In this document: positions 21,605 to 31,334 of the stretch, one piece after another
Numbering within the stretch: position 1 is the stretch's first letter
Layout: every line of letters starts with the position of its first letter
DNA from: a virus
Length of the DNA stretch: 42,361 nucleotides
Strand: one strand, 5' to 3'
IMG/VR virus record: IMGVR_UViG_3300045988_031209
Coordinates: 1-42,361 of that record
Notes under the pieces: model-generated
Seen by the model: the letters and a program-made list of their open reading frames with translations, nothing else
Told to the model about the DNA's origin: nothing
The model's database searches: none
Translations under genes and position numbers: made by a program

Positions 21605-23248
21605 TTAGCCTGACATGTACCCTTTGAGCGATCGACTCAAATCGTAAGCATCGGACGCTTTGCGTGCACTCAAAGCCTGCAGGTCGCTGATGCTGGAAAA
21701 CTCAGTGCCAAATGTAAACTCCTTTTTATCCGGCGAATCCAACGGCTCAACAAGCTTGGAACACAGCAACCAGGTATCTACACCATGCGGTGCAGAGAAA
21801 ATGTGCGTTTGCTTTCCAATTGCAATACGGCTGACATCAATATCAGCGTCTTTCAGATCGACCGCTTTGACCGTCATACCGTTCAGATAACGCAGATTTT
21901 TGGCAAGTTCTTCCTCTGCCGCATCCAGCAAAGACTGCGGCGTGCTTTCGATGCCTTCAATAAAGATCACTTTTGTGATGATGCCAAAAAGCTTTTGCGC
22001 AGCCAGATCGTTTGCGGTTTCTGTGATGGTCTCGCCCCACGAAAAAACAAGCCACGATTTCTTTCTGGCACCTACCGCGATCACCCGCGTGTAGATATCC
22101 TCTGCTTTGACGTAGTTGGTCAAATCCAGCAGATTTGTTCCAAAGGCCACCGTCTGGGTGTTTTTATCGGTGATCGCCTGCAGATAGTCCAGATACCGGC
22201 GCGGTTTTCCGTCATGATCTTCTGCATGGCGCAGCACCAGATATCCGCCGTACTTTTCAACCAGCTCACTCTGCAAGATGTCCCATGTAATGCCGTAGTT
22301 TTTTCCATCGCCAAAGCTGTATGTAGGTTCCTTCACATCAAACAAAAAGCGGGGATCCGTCTTGCCGTTGATAGCAAGACTATATTTCCCGTTTTGCTCG
22401 GTGATTTTAAAAGTCTTGGATTCAGATGCCTGCTCAACGTTATAAATGGAGTACGTGCCAAAATTCTTGTTGCAAGTACCGCAGACGATTTCAGCTTTTT
22501 TCACTTCGACCATTGCATCGTACGTTTTGCCTTTTACATAGGCTGCAAACAGACGCACGCGGAAATTGTTGCTTCCAATCCGTGAAATAATGCGACCGTT
22601 CGCAATGTGCTCTTCACCGATTTTCCAGCTCAGGCAGGAAGCTTTGTCGCTCTCTGTTTGCTCATAGAAAATATTCGTCTTTCCATCCACGGGGTCTACA
22701 ATTCCCCAATGGTAAATGTAATCTCCATCATCAGAATCGTAACTGTAACCCACCTGCACGACTTTGATGCCGTCTACATAGGGCACGATCATGGGGGTGT
22801 CCATCTGCACTTTGCCGGGGGTGAAAGCCTTGTAAGCGTCAACCTGCGCGTTGTGGTTATCGCAGATCCATTCCAGAAATTGCGAAAAGCTCACATTTTT
22901 TGCAGCGTACGGCGCAATGCCGCTGTCATTCAGATACGCAAGCTCCCCTTCGCAGTAGATTTTCTGACGCATCAAAAAATCCTGCTCATGGCTCATGGGA
23001 CGGCCCTGCCAGATGGAAACGCCGTCCTGTTCCACCTCTACCGTAGTGCGCAGCTTTTGCAGCGCAGAGTGTGCCACATTGCCCAGCGGCATGGTAAACT
23101 CAAAAGAGCCGGCTTTACCCACTTCGCGGGTCAGCGTGGGACTGATGAGCTTTTTCGTGTCGGTAATATCGCTGATATCGTGGATACAGACCTTAGTTTC
23201 CCATGTGTCTACATCCGTCTGCACACCAGCATAAACTTTGTAGCTCAT
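21605..23248 (-). CDS. Tal-like tail tip / minor structural protein (547 aa)
   Basis: It lies immediately after Dit with an ATGA overlap. The size and N-terminal pattern are typical of siphovirus Tal (prophage tail family). Confidence 0.75.
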   Translation of the reverse strand: MSYKVYAGVQTDVDTWETKVCIHDISDITDTKKLISPTLTREVGKAGSFEFTMPLGNVAHSALQKLRTTVEVEQDGVSIWQGRPMSHEQDFLMRQKIYCEGELAYLNDSGIAPYAAKNVSFSQFLEWICDNHNAQVDAYKAFTPGKVQMDTPMIVPYVDGIKVVQVGYSYDSDDGDYIYHWGIVDPVDGKTNIFYEQTESDKASCLSWKIGEEHIANGRIISRIGSNNFRVRLFAAYVKGKTYDAMVEVKKAEIVCGTCNKNFGTYSIYNVEQASESKTFKITEQNGKYSLAINGKTDPRFLFDVKEPTYSFGDGKNYGITWDILQSELVEKYGGYLVLRHAEDHDGKPRRYLDYLQAITDKNTQTVAFGTNLLDLTNYVKAEDIYTRVIAVGARKKSWLVFSWGETITETANDLAAQKLFGIITKVIFIEGIESTPQSLLDAAEEELAKNLRYLNGMTVKAVDLKDADIDVSRIAIGKQTHIFSAPHGVDTWLLCSKLVEPLDSPDKKEFTFGTEFSSISDLQALSARKASDAYDLSRSLKGYMSG

Positions 23249-23985
23249 AGGCTTGCCCCCAAATACTTGATGCTGATGCTGCAGTCTGCCGATGCAGCAA
23301 ATACGAGGGTGCCCACCACGCCATCCGGCATAGTAAGCCCCTCGATATACTGCCAGTCGGTGGACTTGGCCAGAATGCCCACCTCAAAGCCATTGAGAGA
23401 CACCGCGATGTTTGCGTAGGTCTCGCTGCGCTGGAAGTAGATGCCGGCCGCACGCGGTGCACCGGTGATGGACACCTCTTTGTCCTCGCCCGCCTTGAGC
23501 GGGATATCCGTGTAGTTGCGCACGATGTCCGTTTCAAAGTTGAAGTCATCCCACAGCCAGTCGTTGGTGCCGTCGTAGACGCTGCGCTTGAAGGGGTTGC
23601 AGGTGCCGGTGATGGTAAAGGTGCTGGAAAGCCGGTCGCGGGATGGTGTGACTTTCCAAAGCCCTTCCCAGTACCACGCCGGGTCTTCATCAAAGCGGCA
23701 CTGTAGCCACTTGCCATGAATGGCATTGGCAATGGTGCTTTCGATGTAAGGCCACTTGCTTTTTGGCGCGTTGCAGAGCAGCTCCATGGTGATGGTGCGC
23801 TTTTTATAGTGCACCTTGCCGTCGTCCCATGTGGTCAGGTTCAGCAGCGAATCAGCACCGGTGACCTGTACAAGGTATTCTTCCGGTTCTGCCGCGCCGA
23901 TTTTAGGGCTGCCTACCTTGAGGTACAGCCCCCAATCTGTCAGGGTGTGAAAATTGCCGATTTTTGCCCCCAGAAGCTTTGCCAT
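23245..23985 (-). CDS. Distal tail protein (Dit)
   Basis: It lies directly after the tape measure gene with a TAATG overlap. It is 246 aa with a Dit-like N-terminus, LTDWGLYLKV... Confidence 0.75.
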   Translation of the reverse strand: MAKLLGAKIGNFHTLTDWGLYLKVGSPKIGAAEPEEYLVQVTGADSLLNLTTWDDGKVHYKKRTITMELLCNAPKSKWPYIESTIANAIHGKWLQCRFDEDPAWYWEGLWKVTPSRDRLSSTFTITGTCNPFKRSVYDGTNDWLWDDFNFETDIVRNYTDIPLKAGEDKEVSITGAPRAAGIYFQRSETYANIAVSLNGFEVGILAKSTDWQYIEGLTMPDGVVGTLVFAASADCSISIKYLGASL

Positions 23986-26750
23986 TACACACCCCTCGCT
24001 TTCCGTTCCACTGTCACGCCGATGCGTGCATCTACGTTGGTCGCCATGCGGGTCGACAGCACGCCCACCAGTTCACCGGAGTCCATGACCACCTGACCCT
24101 TGCCGATGTCGGGCAGATGCTCGTCCAGCATCCCCTCGATACGTTCCAGAATGCTGGTCTGCCGGTCAACAATGGACTGCTGGCCGGTAACGCGGTACTG
24201 CAGGGCTGCGCGGGTGGAGAAGGTGCCCAGACTGTCATATACGCCGGTCTTGTCAAAGGGACTCTGGTAGTGGCTGACAGGCTTCTGATTATTCTTCTTG
24301 TCCATCCACATGGCAAGGCCAATGCCGCCAGCGACAGCGCCCACGCCCAGGATCAGGGCAAGAATAGGATTTGCTGCAACGAAAGACACGATAGTGCCCA
24401 GCGCAGACGTGATGCCACCAGCCATGCCGGAAAAGCTCTGCACGATGCTGCCCAGAGCGCCGCCCACGCCGCCGGACTTTGCAAGACCGTCGATGATCTC
24501 ACCAAAAGCCTTGACCGAATTGGTCACACCGTCGATATCGGATTTTACCCCGCCGTCAGAAAAAAGCTTCTGGAAGATATCAAATGCCTTTCCGATTCCG
24601 CCGCTGAAGTAGCCCTCATTGACCGCGGTCAGTGCGTCCGTAAGCCACTTAGAGATCACGTCGCGCTGCCCCTGTGACACTTCGCCCCAGATCAGATTGA
24701 CAAAATCCAGCCCAAGACTTGCCCAGTCACCGTTTTTGGCATCACTAAAGGCGCTTTTTACCAGCCCGAAAATGCCCTTATCCAGCTGGCCGGAAGCCTC
24801 GCTCAGCTGCTGGTCAATACGGCTCTGGGTTCCTTTCACGCTCTTGTCGATAAGAGTAGAGGTTTCCGTCACCTTATCTTGAATACCGTCGATGTAGGTG
24901 ATGGTCTTCTCGTAGGTCTCCGCGCCGTTCTCGCCGATGCGCTGGCCGGTCTCAGTGACGGTTTTCTTGATATGCTCGCTGTTGTCCGCGTACTTTTCCA
25001 CCGCCTGCTGCACCTTTGTGGTGATGCCGTCAAAGGTGGTCTCGGAGACGTTGGTAAAGGTGCCCAGCAGCGTTTTTGACATGTCATCATAGGTCTTTGT
25101 GACCCTTGTCACCGTGCCGTTGACTTTGGTCTCGACCTGCTTAAAGGTCGTGGCGACGCCGTTCACCATCTCCTTGCCGGTCGTGGTGGTGGTCTCGGTG
25201 ATGCGGTCTTTGATCTTGCCGGAGCTGTCCTTGACCTTTTCGGTAAGGGTCTGGATGCTGGTAGTCACAGTGCCCAGCGCATTTTGTGCGGTGGTGGTAG
25301 CCGTGCTGGAGATGGACGAAATGACCGTTTCGGTGGTGGACTTGGAGCCGGAACCGGATTTTTTTCCGGTGGAGCCGGAAGGGCTTGTGGTGATGGAGCT
25401 GCTTCCGTCTCCGACCGCTGCCGCCAATTCTGCCTGACGCTCCGACCAGCTCTTGTTGCTGATGCCGATGCCTTTTTTGGCATTTTGCCGTAAACGGTTT
25501 TTGTTGCTCTTCCGGTTATTTGCATCCGCGTACTCTTCGTAGGTATCAAAGTCAGCCGTGGCAGCTTTTCCGAGAAAACGGTTGAGCTTGTAGCTCAGCT
25601 GATCCAGCCATGTGGTGGCTTTGCTCGCGAAGTCCTTGAGAGCGTTTTTTGCCGTGTTGATAGGCTCCGTCAGGCCAGTGATCGCGCCTGCGAGACCAAT
25701 CCAGCCGTCCGTTTTGTAAGCTTCCTGTGCTGCGACGAGCATGTCGTTCAGATTGCCGATTACAACGCCGATGCCGCTAGATAAATCGCCGGTCAGCAAT
25801 CCGGCCAGCTGGCTCACGTTGTCCTTCAGGGTGGAAACCCGGCCATTCATGGTCTGGCTCTGGGTGTCCATGCTGTTGTAGTAACGCCCACCCTCTTCGG
25901 AAGCAGCCTGCAAAGCCTGCGTCAGCAGATCATAACTGATGGTCATTTTCTGCACTTCGGCGGTGGACTTGCCTGTGTAGTCGGCCAGAATGCCATACAC
26001 GTCGATGCCTGCATAGGCAAACTGCTTGATATCGACCGCTGTAGCCTTGCCGGTGTTAGCGATCTGCTGCAGGTTCTGCGCCATGCGGTTCAGCTCGTCG
26101 TTGCCGCCGCCGGTCGCAGAGACCGCGTCGCCCAGCGCCATGATGGTGTTGCGGGCATAGGAAGCGTTCTCGCCTGCAGAGATCAGGTACTGGTTGGCCT
26201 GCGTCAAGCTCGCCACGTCAAAGGGGGTTTTTGCCGCGTCTTCCTGGATCTGGCTCATGACCTGCTGCGCCGCTTCCGCGCTGCCCAACATATTGGCAAA
26301 GCCGGTGGTGTATTTCTCGATCTGGGCGTTGTACTCGATGCCGGAAGAGATGAACCCCTCTGCGGCACTGAGTGCAGCGGAGTAAAGCTTCGAGAAAACG
26401 CCCGCCATGACCGTGCCCTGCGCAATGGCACCGGCCAGAGACTTACCTGATGCCTTATCCGTGGAGTTTGCAAAGCCCTCCATGCCGTTGTTTGCAGCTT
26501 TCAGCGCAGTCGTTGTGGCCTTGAGCTGCGCTTCTGCCTGCGCCAGCATGGTCTTGAGATTTTTGGTCTCAGAGGATGCTTTGCCGGTCTTGCCCACCGA
26601 TTCGTTGTAACGTCTGGTCAGCTCCACTACGGCCTTTGCGGCCTTGCTGTACTCGCTGGACAGTGTTGCAACGGTCTTTTTGGTGTCGGACTGGACATTC
26701 TGGATGCCCTGCCGGTAGGCGCTGTCGTCCAGCCCGAGGGTGGCACTCAA
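23985..26750 (-). CDS. Tail tape measure protein (921 aa)
   Basis: Long, helical and Ala/Gly/Thr-rich, with hydrophobic glycine-rich segments near the C-terminus. Canonical position. TTG start. Confidence 0.9.
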   Translation of the reverse strand: MSATLGLDDSAYRQGIQNVQSDTKKTVATLSSEYSKAAKAVVELTRRYNESVGKTGKASSETKNLKTMLAQAEAQLKATTTALKAANNGMEGFANSTDKASGKSLAGAIAQGTVMAGVFSKLYSAALSAAEGFISSGIEYNAQIEKYTTGFANMLGSAEAAQQVMSQIQEDAAKTPFDVASLTQANQYLISAGENASYARNTIMALGDAVSATGGGNDELNRMAQNLQQIANTGKATAVDIKQFAYAGIDVYGILADYTGKSTAEVQKMTISYDLLTQALQAASEEGGRYYNSMDTQSQTMNGRVSTLKDNVSQLAGLLTGDLSSGIGVVIGNLNDMLVAAQEAYKTDGWIGLAGAITGLTEPINTAKNALKDFASKATTWLDQLSYKLNRFLGKAATADFDTYEEYADANNRKSNKNRLRQNAKKGIGISNKSWSERQAELAAAVGDGSSSITTSPSGSTGKKSGSGSKSTTETVISSISSTATTTAQNALGTVTTSIQTLTEKVKDSSGKIKDRITETTTTTGKEMVNGVATTFKQVETKVNGTVTRVTKTYDDMSKTLLGTFTNVSETTFDGITTKVQQAVEKYADNSEHIKKTVTETGQRIGENGAETYEKTITYIDGIQDKVTETSTLIDKSVKGTQSRIDQQLSEASGQLDKGIFGLVKSAFSDAKNGDWASLGLDFVNLIWGEVSQGQRDVISKWLTDALTAVNEGYFSGGIGKAFDIFQKLFSDGGVKSDIDGVTNSVKAFGEIIDGLAKSGGVGGALGSIVQSFSGMAGGITSALGTIVSFVAANPILALILGVGAVAGGIGLAMWMDKKNNQKPVSHYQSPFDKTGVYDSLGTFSTRAALQYRVTGQQSIVDRQTSILERIEGMLDEHLPDIGKGQVVMDSGELVGVLSTRMATNVDARIGVTVERKARGV

Positions 26751-26761
26751 TTCAAAAAGTT

Positions 26762-27073
26762 TCAGGTTCCATCACCCCCTCCGCACAGCTCTTCAAGAGC
26801 CTTGCTGTTTTCTTCCGTGATCTCCGCCGAAGACCGCTTGTCGATCTGCTTTACATAAAGCGGGAATGTATACGAAGCAACGTAGGAATAAAGAGCGTTA
26901 GCTCCCGCAAGACCGCCAACGGCATCTGCTATGCAATCGCGGTAGAATTGAACTTCATCGTGGTTTCTGATTTCTTTTTTGATGTGGTCGAGGATATAGG
27001 ACTTGCCGAAAAGTTCCAGCAAATCCAGACGAATGGTTGAAACCATCCGTTTATATCCTTCCACGCCGATCAC
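26762..27073 (-). CDS. Tail assembly chaperone T-like extension, expressed by -1 frameshift from 27070..27435
   Basis: The ORF is in the -1 frame relative to the upstream gene and is open from the slippery site. It has no independent RBS. Confidence 0.7.
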   Translation of the reverse strand: MIGVEGYKRMVSTIRLDLLELFGKSYILDHIKKEIRNHDEVQFYRDCIADAVGGLAGANALYSYVASYTFPLYVKQIDKRSSAEITEENSKALEELCGGGDGT

Positions 27074-27435
27074 ATCAAGGATTTCAAAAAAGCCATGAAA
27101 TCGTCATCAGACAGCGCGCGGGACATTGCTGCGGCCAGCTTTCTGGTAGGCGGAAGCTCTTCGCCCTTATCCAGCACCACAAAGAGCGGCAGGACCTTTT
27201 CGGTCATGTCTGCGTGCTCTTTGTAGATCATGCGCATCATTTCTTCCGCATTTTTCGCACCCTGTTCTGCAATCTTCTTGGCCTTCTCCTCCGGGGTTTC
27301 GTTGCCAGTCAGCGGCGCAAGCTGAGTTGCCGCCGCCACCGCGCCCGTGTCAACAAGGCACTGCTTGTATGCCTTTGCCAGCTTATAAGTTTTTGCAAGG
27401 TACTCCTTGCCTTCCAGATCAATGATTTCCTTCAT
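27070..27435 (-). CDS. Tail assembly chaperone (G-like)
   Basis: ATG 27435 follows AAGGAGG by 5 nt. It lies between the major tail and tape measure genes. Confidence 0.8.
   Translation of the reverse strand: MKEIIDLEGKEYLAKTYKLAKAYKQCLVDTGAVAAATQLAPLTGNETPEEKAKKIAEQGAKNAEEMMRMIYKEHADMTEKVLPLFVVLDKGEELPPTRKLAAAMSRALSDDDFMAFLKSLM
27085..27091 (-). promoter_or_regulatory. Programmed -1 ribosomal frameshift site T_TTT_TTG
   Basis: The zero frame reads GCT TTT TTG AAA TCC TTG ATG TGA. The -1 frame continues E I L D V I G V E G Y K..., which is the downstream ORF. Confidence 0.75.
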
Positions 27436-27451
27436 GTCTTTCCTCCTTACA

Positions 27452-28042
27452 TCAGGACGCGGCCTTTGTGATAGAGTAGAACTCCATCGGGGCCTGTTCG
27501 GGGTTCTCGAGGTCTGCAAAAGCGGTCAGCGTGATCTGCATCGAGCCGCCGCCGCGATGCTCAGATTTCAGGCTCAGGCCTCCGGTGGACATGGCATTAT
27601 AGAGCTTGACCGCGATAAAACCGCCGCCGATCATGGGGCCGACCCACCAAATGGGCTTGAAATCCGTCAAAGCGGTTTTCAGGCGTGCAACCACGTGGGT
27701 GGGGTCTTCCGGGTCGATGTCCGCAGTACCAATAGCAAGCTGGATGCTCTTAGGGTCTGCGTTGGGAGTCGTGTAAGAGATGGTTGCGGTGGTTCCGGTG
27801 ACTTCCACGCCCTGCTTTGTATTGGTGGGGGCGTTGTCGATTTCGGAAAGGGTATCCTCGGTGGAGTTCTGATAGGTGATAGTTACGCCGCCCTGTGTGG
27901 CGTGAATGACGTTTGTTTCATCGATTTTCGGGGTCTCAAGCGAGAAATCGGACAAAATGTTGCCCGAGCCCTTGGGGATGCTCTTGAAAGCCTCCGCTGT
28001 CAAAACGTTGACGTTAAACTTCTTTGCTAAAGTTTCAGCCAT
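27452..28042 (-). CDS. Major tail protein
   Basis: Position, size (196 aa) and beta-rich composition. RBS AAAGGAG. Confidence 0.8.
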   Translation of the reverse strand: MAETLAKKFNVNVLTAEAFKSIPKGSGNILSDFSLETPKIDETNVIHATQGGVTITYQNSTEDTLSEIDNAPTNTKQGVEVTGTTATISYTTPNADPKSIQLAIGTADIDPEDPTHVVARLKTALTDFKPIWWVGPMIGGGFIAVKLYNAMSTGGLSLKSEHRGGGSMQITLTAFADLENPEQAPMEFYSITKAAS

Positions 28043-28055
28043 ATTGCTCCTTTAC

Positions 28056-28439
28056 TCACGGTATAAGTCGTGTAAGTTCAAAAATAAGGTATTCGCACAG
28101 ATACCCTTCAGGCGTGTTGTTGAGTGGCTGCGCCCAATCTTTATCGTCTTTGTCCAAAAGAATAGCGCCGCCCTCGCACTCGATTTTTAAGCCACCTCTT
28201 GGGATGGCCGCGCTGATTGTATCCTCGGTTTGCAGGATGGGGGCCCTGCCGCCCTTGCTGGGGTACCACAGCCGGGCGTGGAAGGATGCCGTTTCGTTCC
28301 ACCCGCCGGGGATAGTGGGCTTGTAGGTCAGATAGGGCAGTGAAGCGGCAGGAGGGATGTTATCTTCCAGATAGCCCGGGATGCCAAAGCCGTTGAAAAA
28401 TGTGTTCAGCGCCCGGTTGATGCTCTCAGACGGTCCCAT
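28056..28439 (-). CDS. Tail terminator / tail completion protein (127 aa)
   Basis: TAATG overlap with the upstream gene. It lies directly upstream of the major tail gene. Confidence 0.65.
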   Translation of the reverse strand: MGPSESINRALNTFFNGFGIPGYLEDNIPPAASLPYLTYKPTIPGGWNETASFHARLWYPSKGGRAPILQTEDTISAAIPRGGLKIECEGGAILLDKDDKDWAQPLNNTPEGYLCEYLIFELTRLIP

Positions 28440-28807
28440 TACGGCAGCACCGCCTTTTTGCACTTGACGGCCCGCAGTCCCATGCCGGACTCCGGCGGGG
28501 CGTTTCCCTCATCGGCTGCGCTCGTCACCTGAAAGGGCTGCCCGTCGCTCACCCGCTTGATGTAGTCCGGGAAAGCCAGCGGCACGCCGGTGCTGACCAA
28601 CAGGGTATAGGTAGATGCCGTGTCAGCCTGCTCCGCCACCTGTGCTTCCACGGTGGTATCGTGGCGCTCCACGGCCTCAAACTCGGGGCCGTCCTTCCAG
28701 CCGGAAACAAACCCTCCCACGCCGTCCGGCTCATAGCTGCGGGTCTGAAAACAAAATTTTTTGGTGAAGCTCTGCATCACGGTGGATGCAGCGAACGGAT
28801 TGACCAT
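28439..28807 (-). CDS. Head-tail adaptor (head closure) protein (122 aa)
   Basis: MVNPFAASTVMQSFTKKFCFQTRSYEPDGVGGFVSGWKDG... resembles the phage head-tail adaptor family. The track ORF has a spurious extension. Confidence 0.65.
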   Translation of the reverse strand: MVNPFAASTVMQSFTKKFCFQTRSYEPDGVGGFVSGWKDGPEFEAVERHDTTVEAQVAEQADTASTYTLLVSTGVPLAFPDYIKRVSDGQPFQVTSAADEGNAPPESGMGLRAVKCKKAVLP

Positions 28808-28808
28808 G

Positions 28809-29219
28809 TCACATCTTCCTCCACTGATTGATCTCGGACTTATAGCGGGTCTTGCCGTCTGCAGGCAGCCCGTCCGCGCCTGTAGCCATTGTGCCGGACC
28901 ACCCGGCAAAGGACTGGGACACATACACGCCGCCGGCCGGGAGCGCCTTGTCGTATGCGTCGATTTTTTCGGCCAGCGCCACAAAATCAGGCGGCACGCG
29001 CATAGGCTGTACCGTCCCGGTGAAGGTCTCGGCGGTCAGATCACCGTCCCCGGCCTTGTGCACGCCGTCATTGAAGATGGATCCGCACACGAGGAAATAC
29101 TGTCCAGGGATTACCCCGGCGGGCACGGTATCCGGCTCAAAGGCGAACTCCCCGGCAACGGGGTCGTCCGCCCGGTCAAAAAAATTGTGCGTGTATCTGC
29201 ACAGCTCAGGGACGGTCAT
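28809..29219 (-). CDS. Head-tail connector protein (136 aa)
   Basis: It follows the capsid gene. RBS GGGGGTGA. Confidence 0.6.
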   Translation of the reverse strand: MTVPELCRYTHNFFDRADDPVAGEFAFEPDTVPAGVIPGQYFLVCGSIFNDGVHKAGDGDLTAETFTGTVQPMRVPPDFVALAEKIDAYDKALPAGGVYVSQSFAGWSGTMATGADGLPADGKTRYKSEINQWRKM

Positions 29220-29240
29220 GCAAAGTCACCCCCTTGCAGG

Positions 29241-30140
29241 TTAGACCGATTCACCCGGAGTAATGGTCTGGACAGAGATGCCGTCCAGGTACTCAGCAAA
29301 CAGGGTCACGCCGGTGATGGCGAAGCTCTCAGAGACGGCGGTGGTGTAGTTGCCCTGGGTGTGGAAGCCGATCAGGTTGCTGGCCTCGCCTGCTGTGGTG
29401 TACACCAGCCCAGCCTTGGCGTAGTCGCTGTCGGAGGGGTCAACGTAGTACATCACGATGTTGTCCACGGGGGTGGCAATGACCTTGCCCTTTGCGATCT
29501 CGCCGTCAGACAGCAGGAAGATGGTGTTGTAGCCCATGAAATCCTTGATGTACTGGAAGCCGTACTGGTTCTGGATGGTGATGGGTGCGGTACCCAGGTA
29601 CTCCGCCACATCCAAGACGTTGGCAAAGCCCACAACGCCGGTGACGGTGCGGTGCATATTCTTGAACTTGTTCTCCACGCTGCCCTTTGCCATGGCCAGA
29701 GCCATCTGGAAGGTCTTGGGGGTGCCCTTCAGGCTGCCGGTGTTCAGGTACTTGTAGAACTTGTCCGTGACCTTTGCGGTCAGGTCGAACAGGAACTCGT
29801 CATCGGTCTTCTGCACGGCCACATCATAGCCATAGTTCTGGATTGCCTCCAGGGAGACGGCCTTGGCGTACTTTTCGATTGTGATCTTGCCGTAGTCCTT
29901 CTCTTTGACGGTGTACTGGCTGTAGGGGATCTCCTCGCCCTCTGCCACGGTGCCGCTCTGCAGCGTACCCTGAGCGTACTTACTCTTGAGCACGGTGCCG
30001 GGCTGCATCCGGATGGGACGCATGATGCCCATGATCTCCCGCAGGTGTTCCCAGTTGCGCTGGAAGCGGGTCACGAAGTCGATTTCCCGGGGGTTGACGG
30101 TGATCTCGGTAGTGGTGATCAGATTGGTCTTTGCTGCCAT
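29241..30140 (-). CDS. Major capsid protein (HK97-fold type, 299 aa)
   Basis: It lies after the scaffold gene. Size and composition fit. RBS GAAAGGA. Confidence 0.85.
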   Translation of the reverse strand: MAAKTNLITTTEITVNPREIDFVTRFQRNWEHLREIMGIMRPIRMQPGTVLKSKYAQGTLQSGTVAEGEEIPYSQYTVKEKDYGKITIEKYAKAVSLEAIQNYGYDVAVQKTDDEFLFDLTAKVTDKFYKYLNTGSLKGTPKTFQMALAMAKGSVENKFKNMHRTVTGVVGFANVLDVAEYLGTAPITIQNQYGFQYIKDFMGYNTIFLLSDGEIAKGKVIATPVDNIVMYYVDPSDSDYAKAGLVYTTAGEASNLIGFHTQGNYTTAVSESFAITGVTLFAEYLDGISVQTITPGESV

Positions 30141-30143
30141 GTG

Positions 30144-30731
30144 TTAGTCCTTTCCGCCGCCCGTGAACAGGTCGGCATTTGCTGCGATGGCCGCCTGGCG
30201 TTCGCCAGCGTCCTTGATCGCAAAAATTTGCTCTTTGGTCATTTTGGAGCCGGCGTTGGTGGGCGGGTTGTCCACCTTTGCGCCGGTGGTCGTGGTCGTA
30301 GCCACAAAGTCGCTCCAATCAGCTTTCAGGCTGTCGGCGTGCTTCTTGGCATCCTTGACGTTGCCCTTTTCGTCTAGCTCCAGCTTGTCGATGTCCTCGC
30401 CAGACAGCCGAACGACCCGATCAGCATACTTGTCCAGCACCCCGGCGGCCTTCAGCAGCTCCCGGAACTTGGCTTCCTTGGCTGCGTGGGTGTCCTTCTG
30501 GGTCTGCTGGGCTTTGTAGTCGGTCAGGGACTTTTCGGCGGCTTCCTTGCCGCTGTTGGCTGCGTCGCGGTCCTTTTCGGCTTTGGCGAGGGCTGCGTCT
30601 TTCTCATCGAGCTGGTTCTGCAAGGTGTCCGTTTCCTTATGCAGCACGTCCAGAATTTTCTTGAGCTTGCCGCTGGTGTCGGTCGTTTCATCTTCCAGAA
30701 TTTCCCGGAGAGTCTTGCGTTCGAGTGCCAT
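30144..30731 (-). CDS. Head scaffolding protein (195 aa)
   Basis: ATG 30731 follows AAAGGA. The protein is charged and helical: MALERKTLREILEDETTDTSGKLKKILDVLHKETDTLQNQLDEKDAAL... The track ORF extension runs through the tRNA. Confidence 0.8.
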   Translation of the reverse strand: MALERKTLREILEDETTDTSGKLKKILDVLHKETDTLQNQLDEKDAALAKAEKDRDAANSGKEAAEKSLTDYKAQQTQKDTHAAKEAKFRELLKAAGVLDKYADRVVRLSGEDIDKLELDEKGNVKDAKKHADSLKADWSDFVATTTTTGAKVDNPPTNAGSKMTKEQIFAIKDAGERQAAIAANADLFTGGGKD

Positions 30732-30806
30732 GTGATAGTCCTTTCTGCCCTTGCTCGGGCTGCCATGCTTGGCAATAAGGTTTATTTGCCGGACGTGCTG
30801 CCGGTG

Positions 30807-30883
30807 TGGTGCCGCCTGTGGGGCTTGAACCCACGCCCCCCGGATTAAAAGTCCGGTGCTCTGCCAGACTGAGCTAAAGCGGC
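30807..30883 (-). tRNA. tRNA-Lys (anticodon UUU), CCA encoded
   Basis: Hand fold: gccgctt ta gctc agtctggca gagc a ccgga cTTTTaa tccgg ggggc gtggg ttcaagc cccac aggcggc a cca (77 nt). Confidence 0.85.
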
Positions 30884-30954
30884 ATAAAAAAACCACTATG
30901 AAGCCTTTTTCGGGGCACATAGTGGTTAAAATGGGGGATTTCCGTGAATGACTT

Positions 30955-31332
30955 TTACGGCTTCACCTCCACACTTGGCAGGATGTCAGTGTGGAAATAG
31001 AGCTTGTAGTGGTAGGGGTCGGTATGGGTGCCGGTGATGTCCTCCACCACATACATGGTGTAGTCGTTCAGATAGATGTAGTTCTTGCGGTAGGAATCCG
31101 GGCCGACTTTCACCGTGCAGACCAGCTCATTGTTTGAGTTGTTGGAGATGGACATATAGCCCTCGGCTTCCATGATGACCTTATCCGTGCGGGCGTTGTA
31201 GACGGTGATCTTGCGTTCACTCTCAAAGTAATCGGCCTGCTTGGAGATGTTGGCGTTCGCCTCGTCAGCCTCAGAGCAGCCGCACAGACACAACACGACC
31301 AAAAGTGTAATTACTGCAAAAATCTTTTTCAT
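30955..31332 (-). CDS. Lipoprotein (125 aa), beta-rich
   Basis: MKKIFAVITLLVVLCLCG|CSE lipobox. ATG 31332 follows AAGGAGA by 6 nt. Confidence 0.8.
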   Translation of the reverse strand: MKKIFAVITLLVVLCLCGCSEADEANANISKQADYFESERKITVYNARTDKVIMEAEGYMSISNNSNNELVCTVKVGPDSYRKNYIYLNDYTMYVVEDITGTHTDPYHYKLYFHTDILPSVEVKP

Positions 31333-31334
31333 GT

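Noticed and set aside
28761-30377. Long plus-strand ORFs (for example 28761..30377 of 538 aa, 4460..5638, 19453..20616, 32293..33480, 33209..34363, 34867..35847, 12013..12750)
   Set aside because: They lie antisense to well-supported minus-strand genes with RBSs and recognisable products. Their translations are Ala/Gly/Arg/His/Leu-rich with no motifs and no SD. They are typical shadow ORFs of GC-rich DNA.
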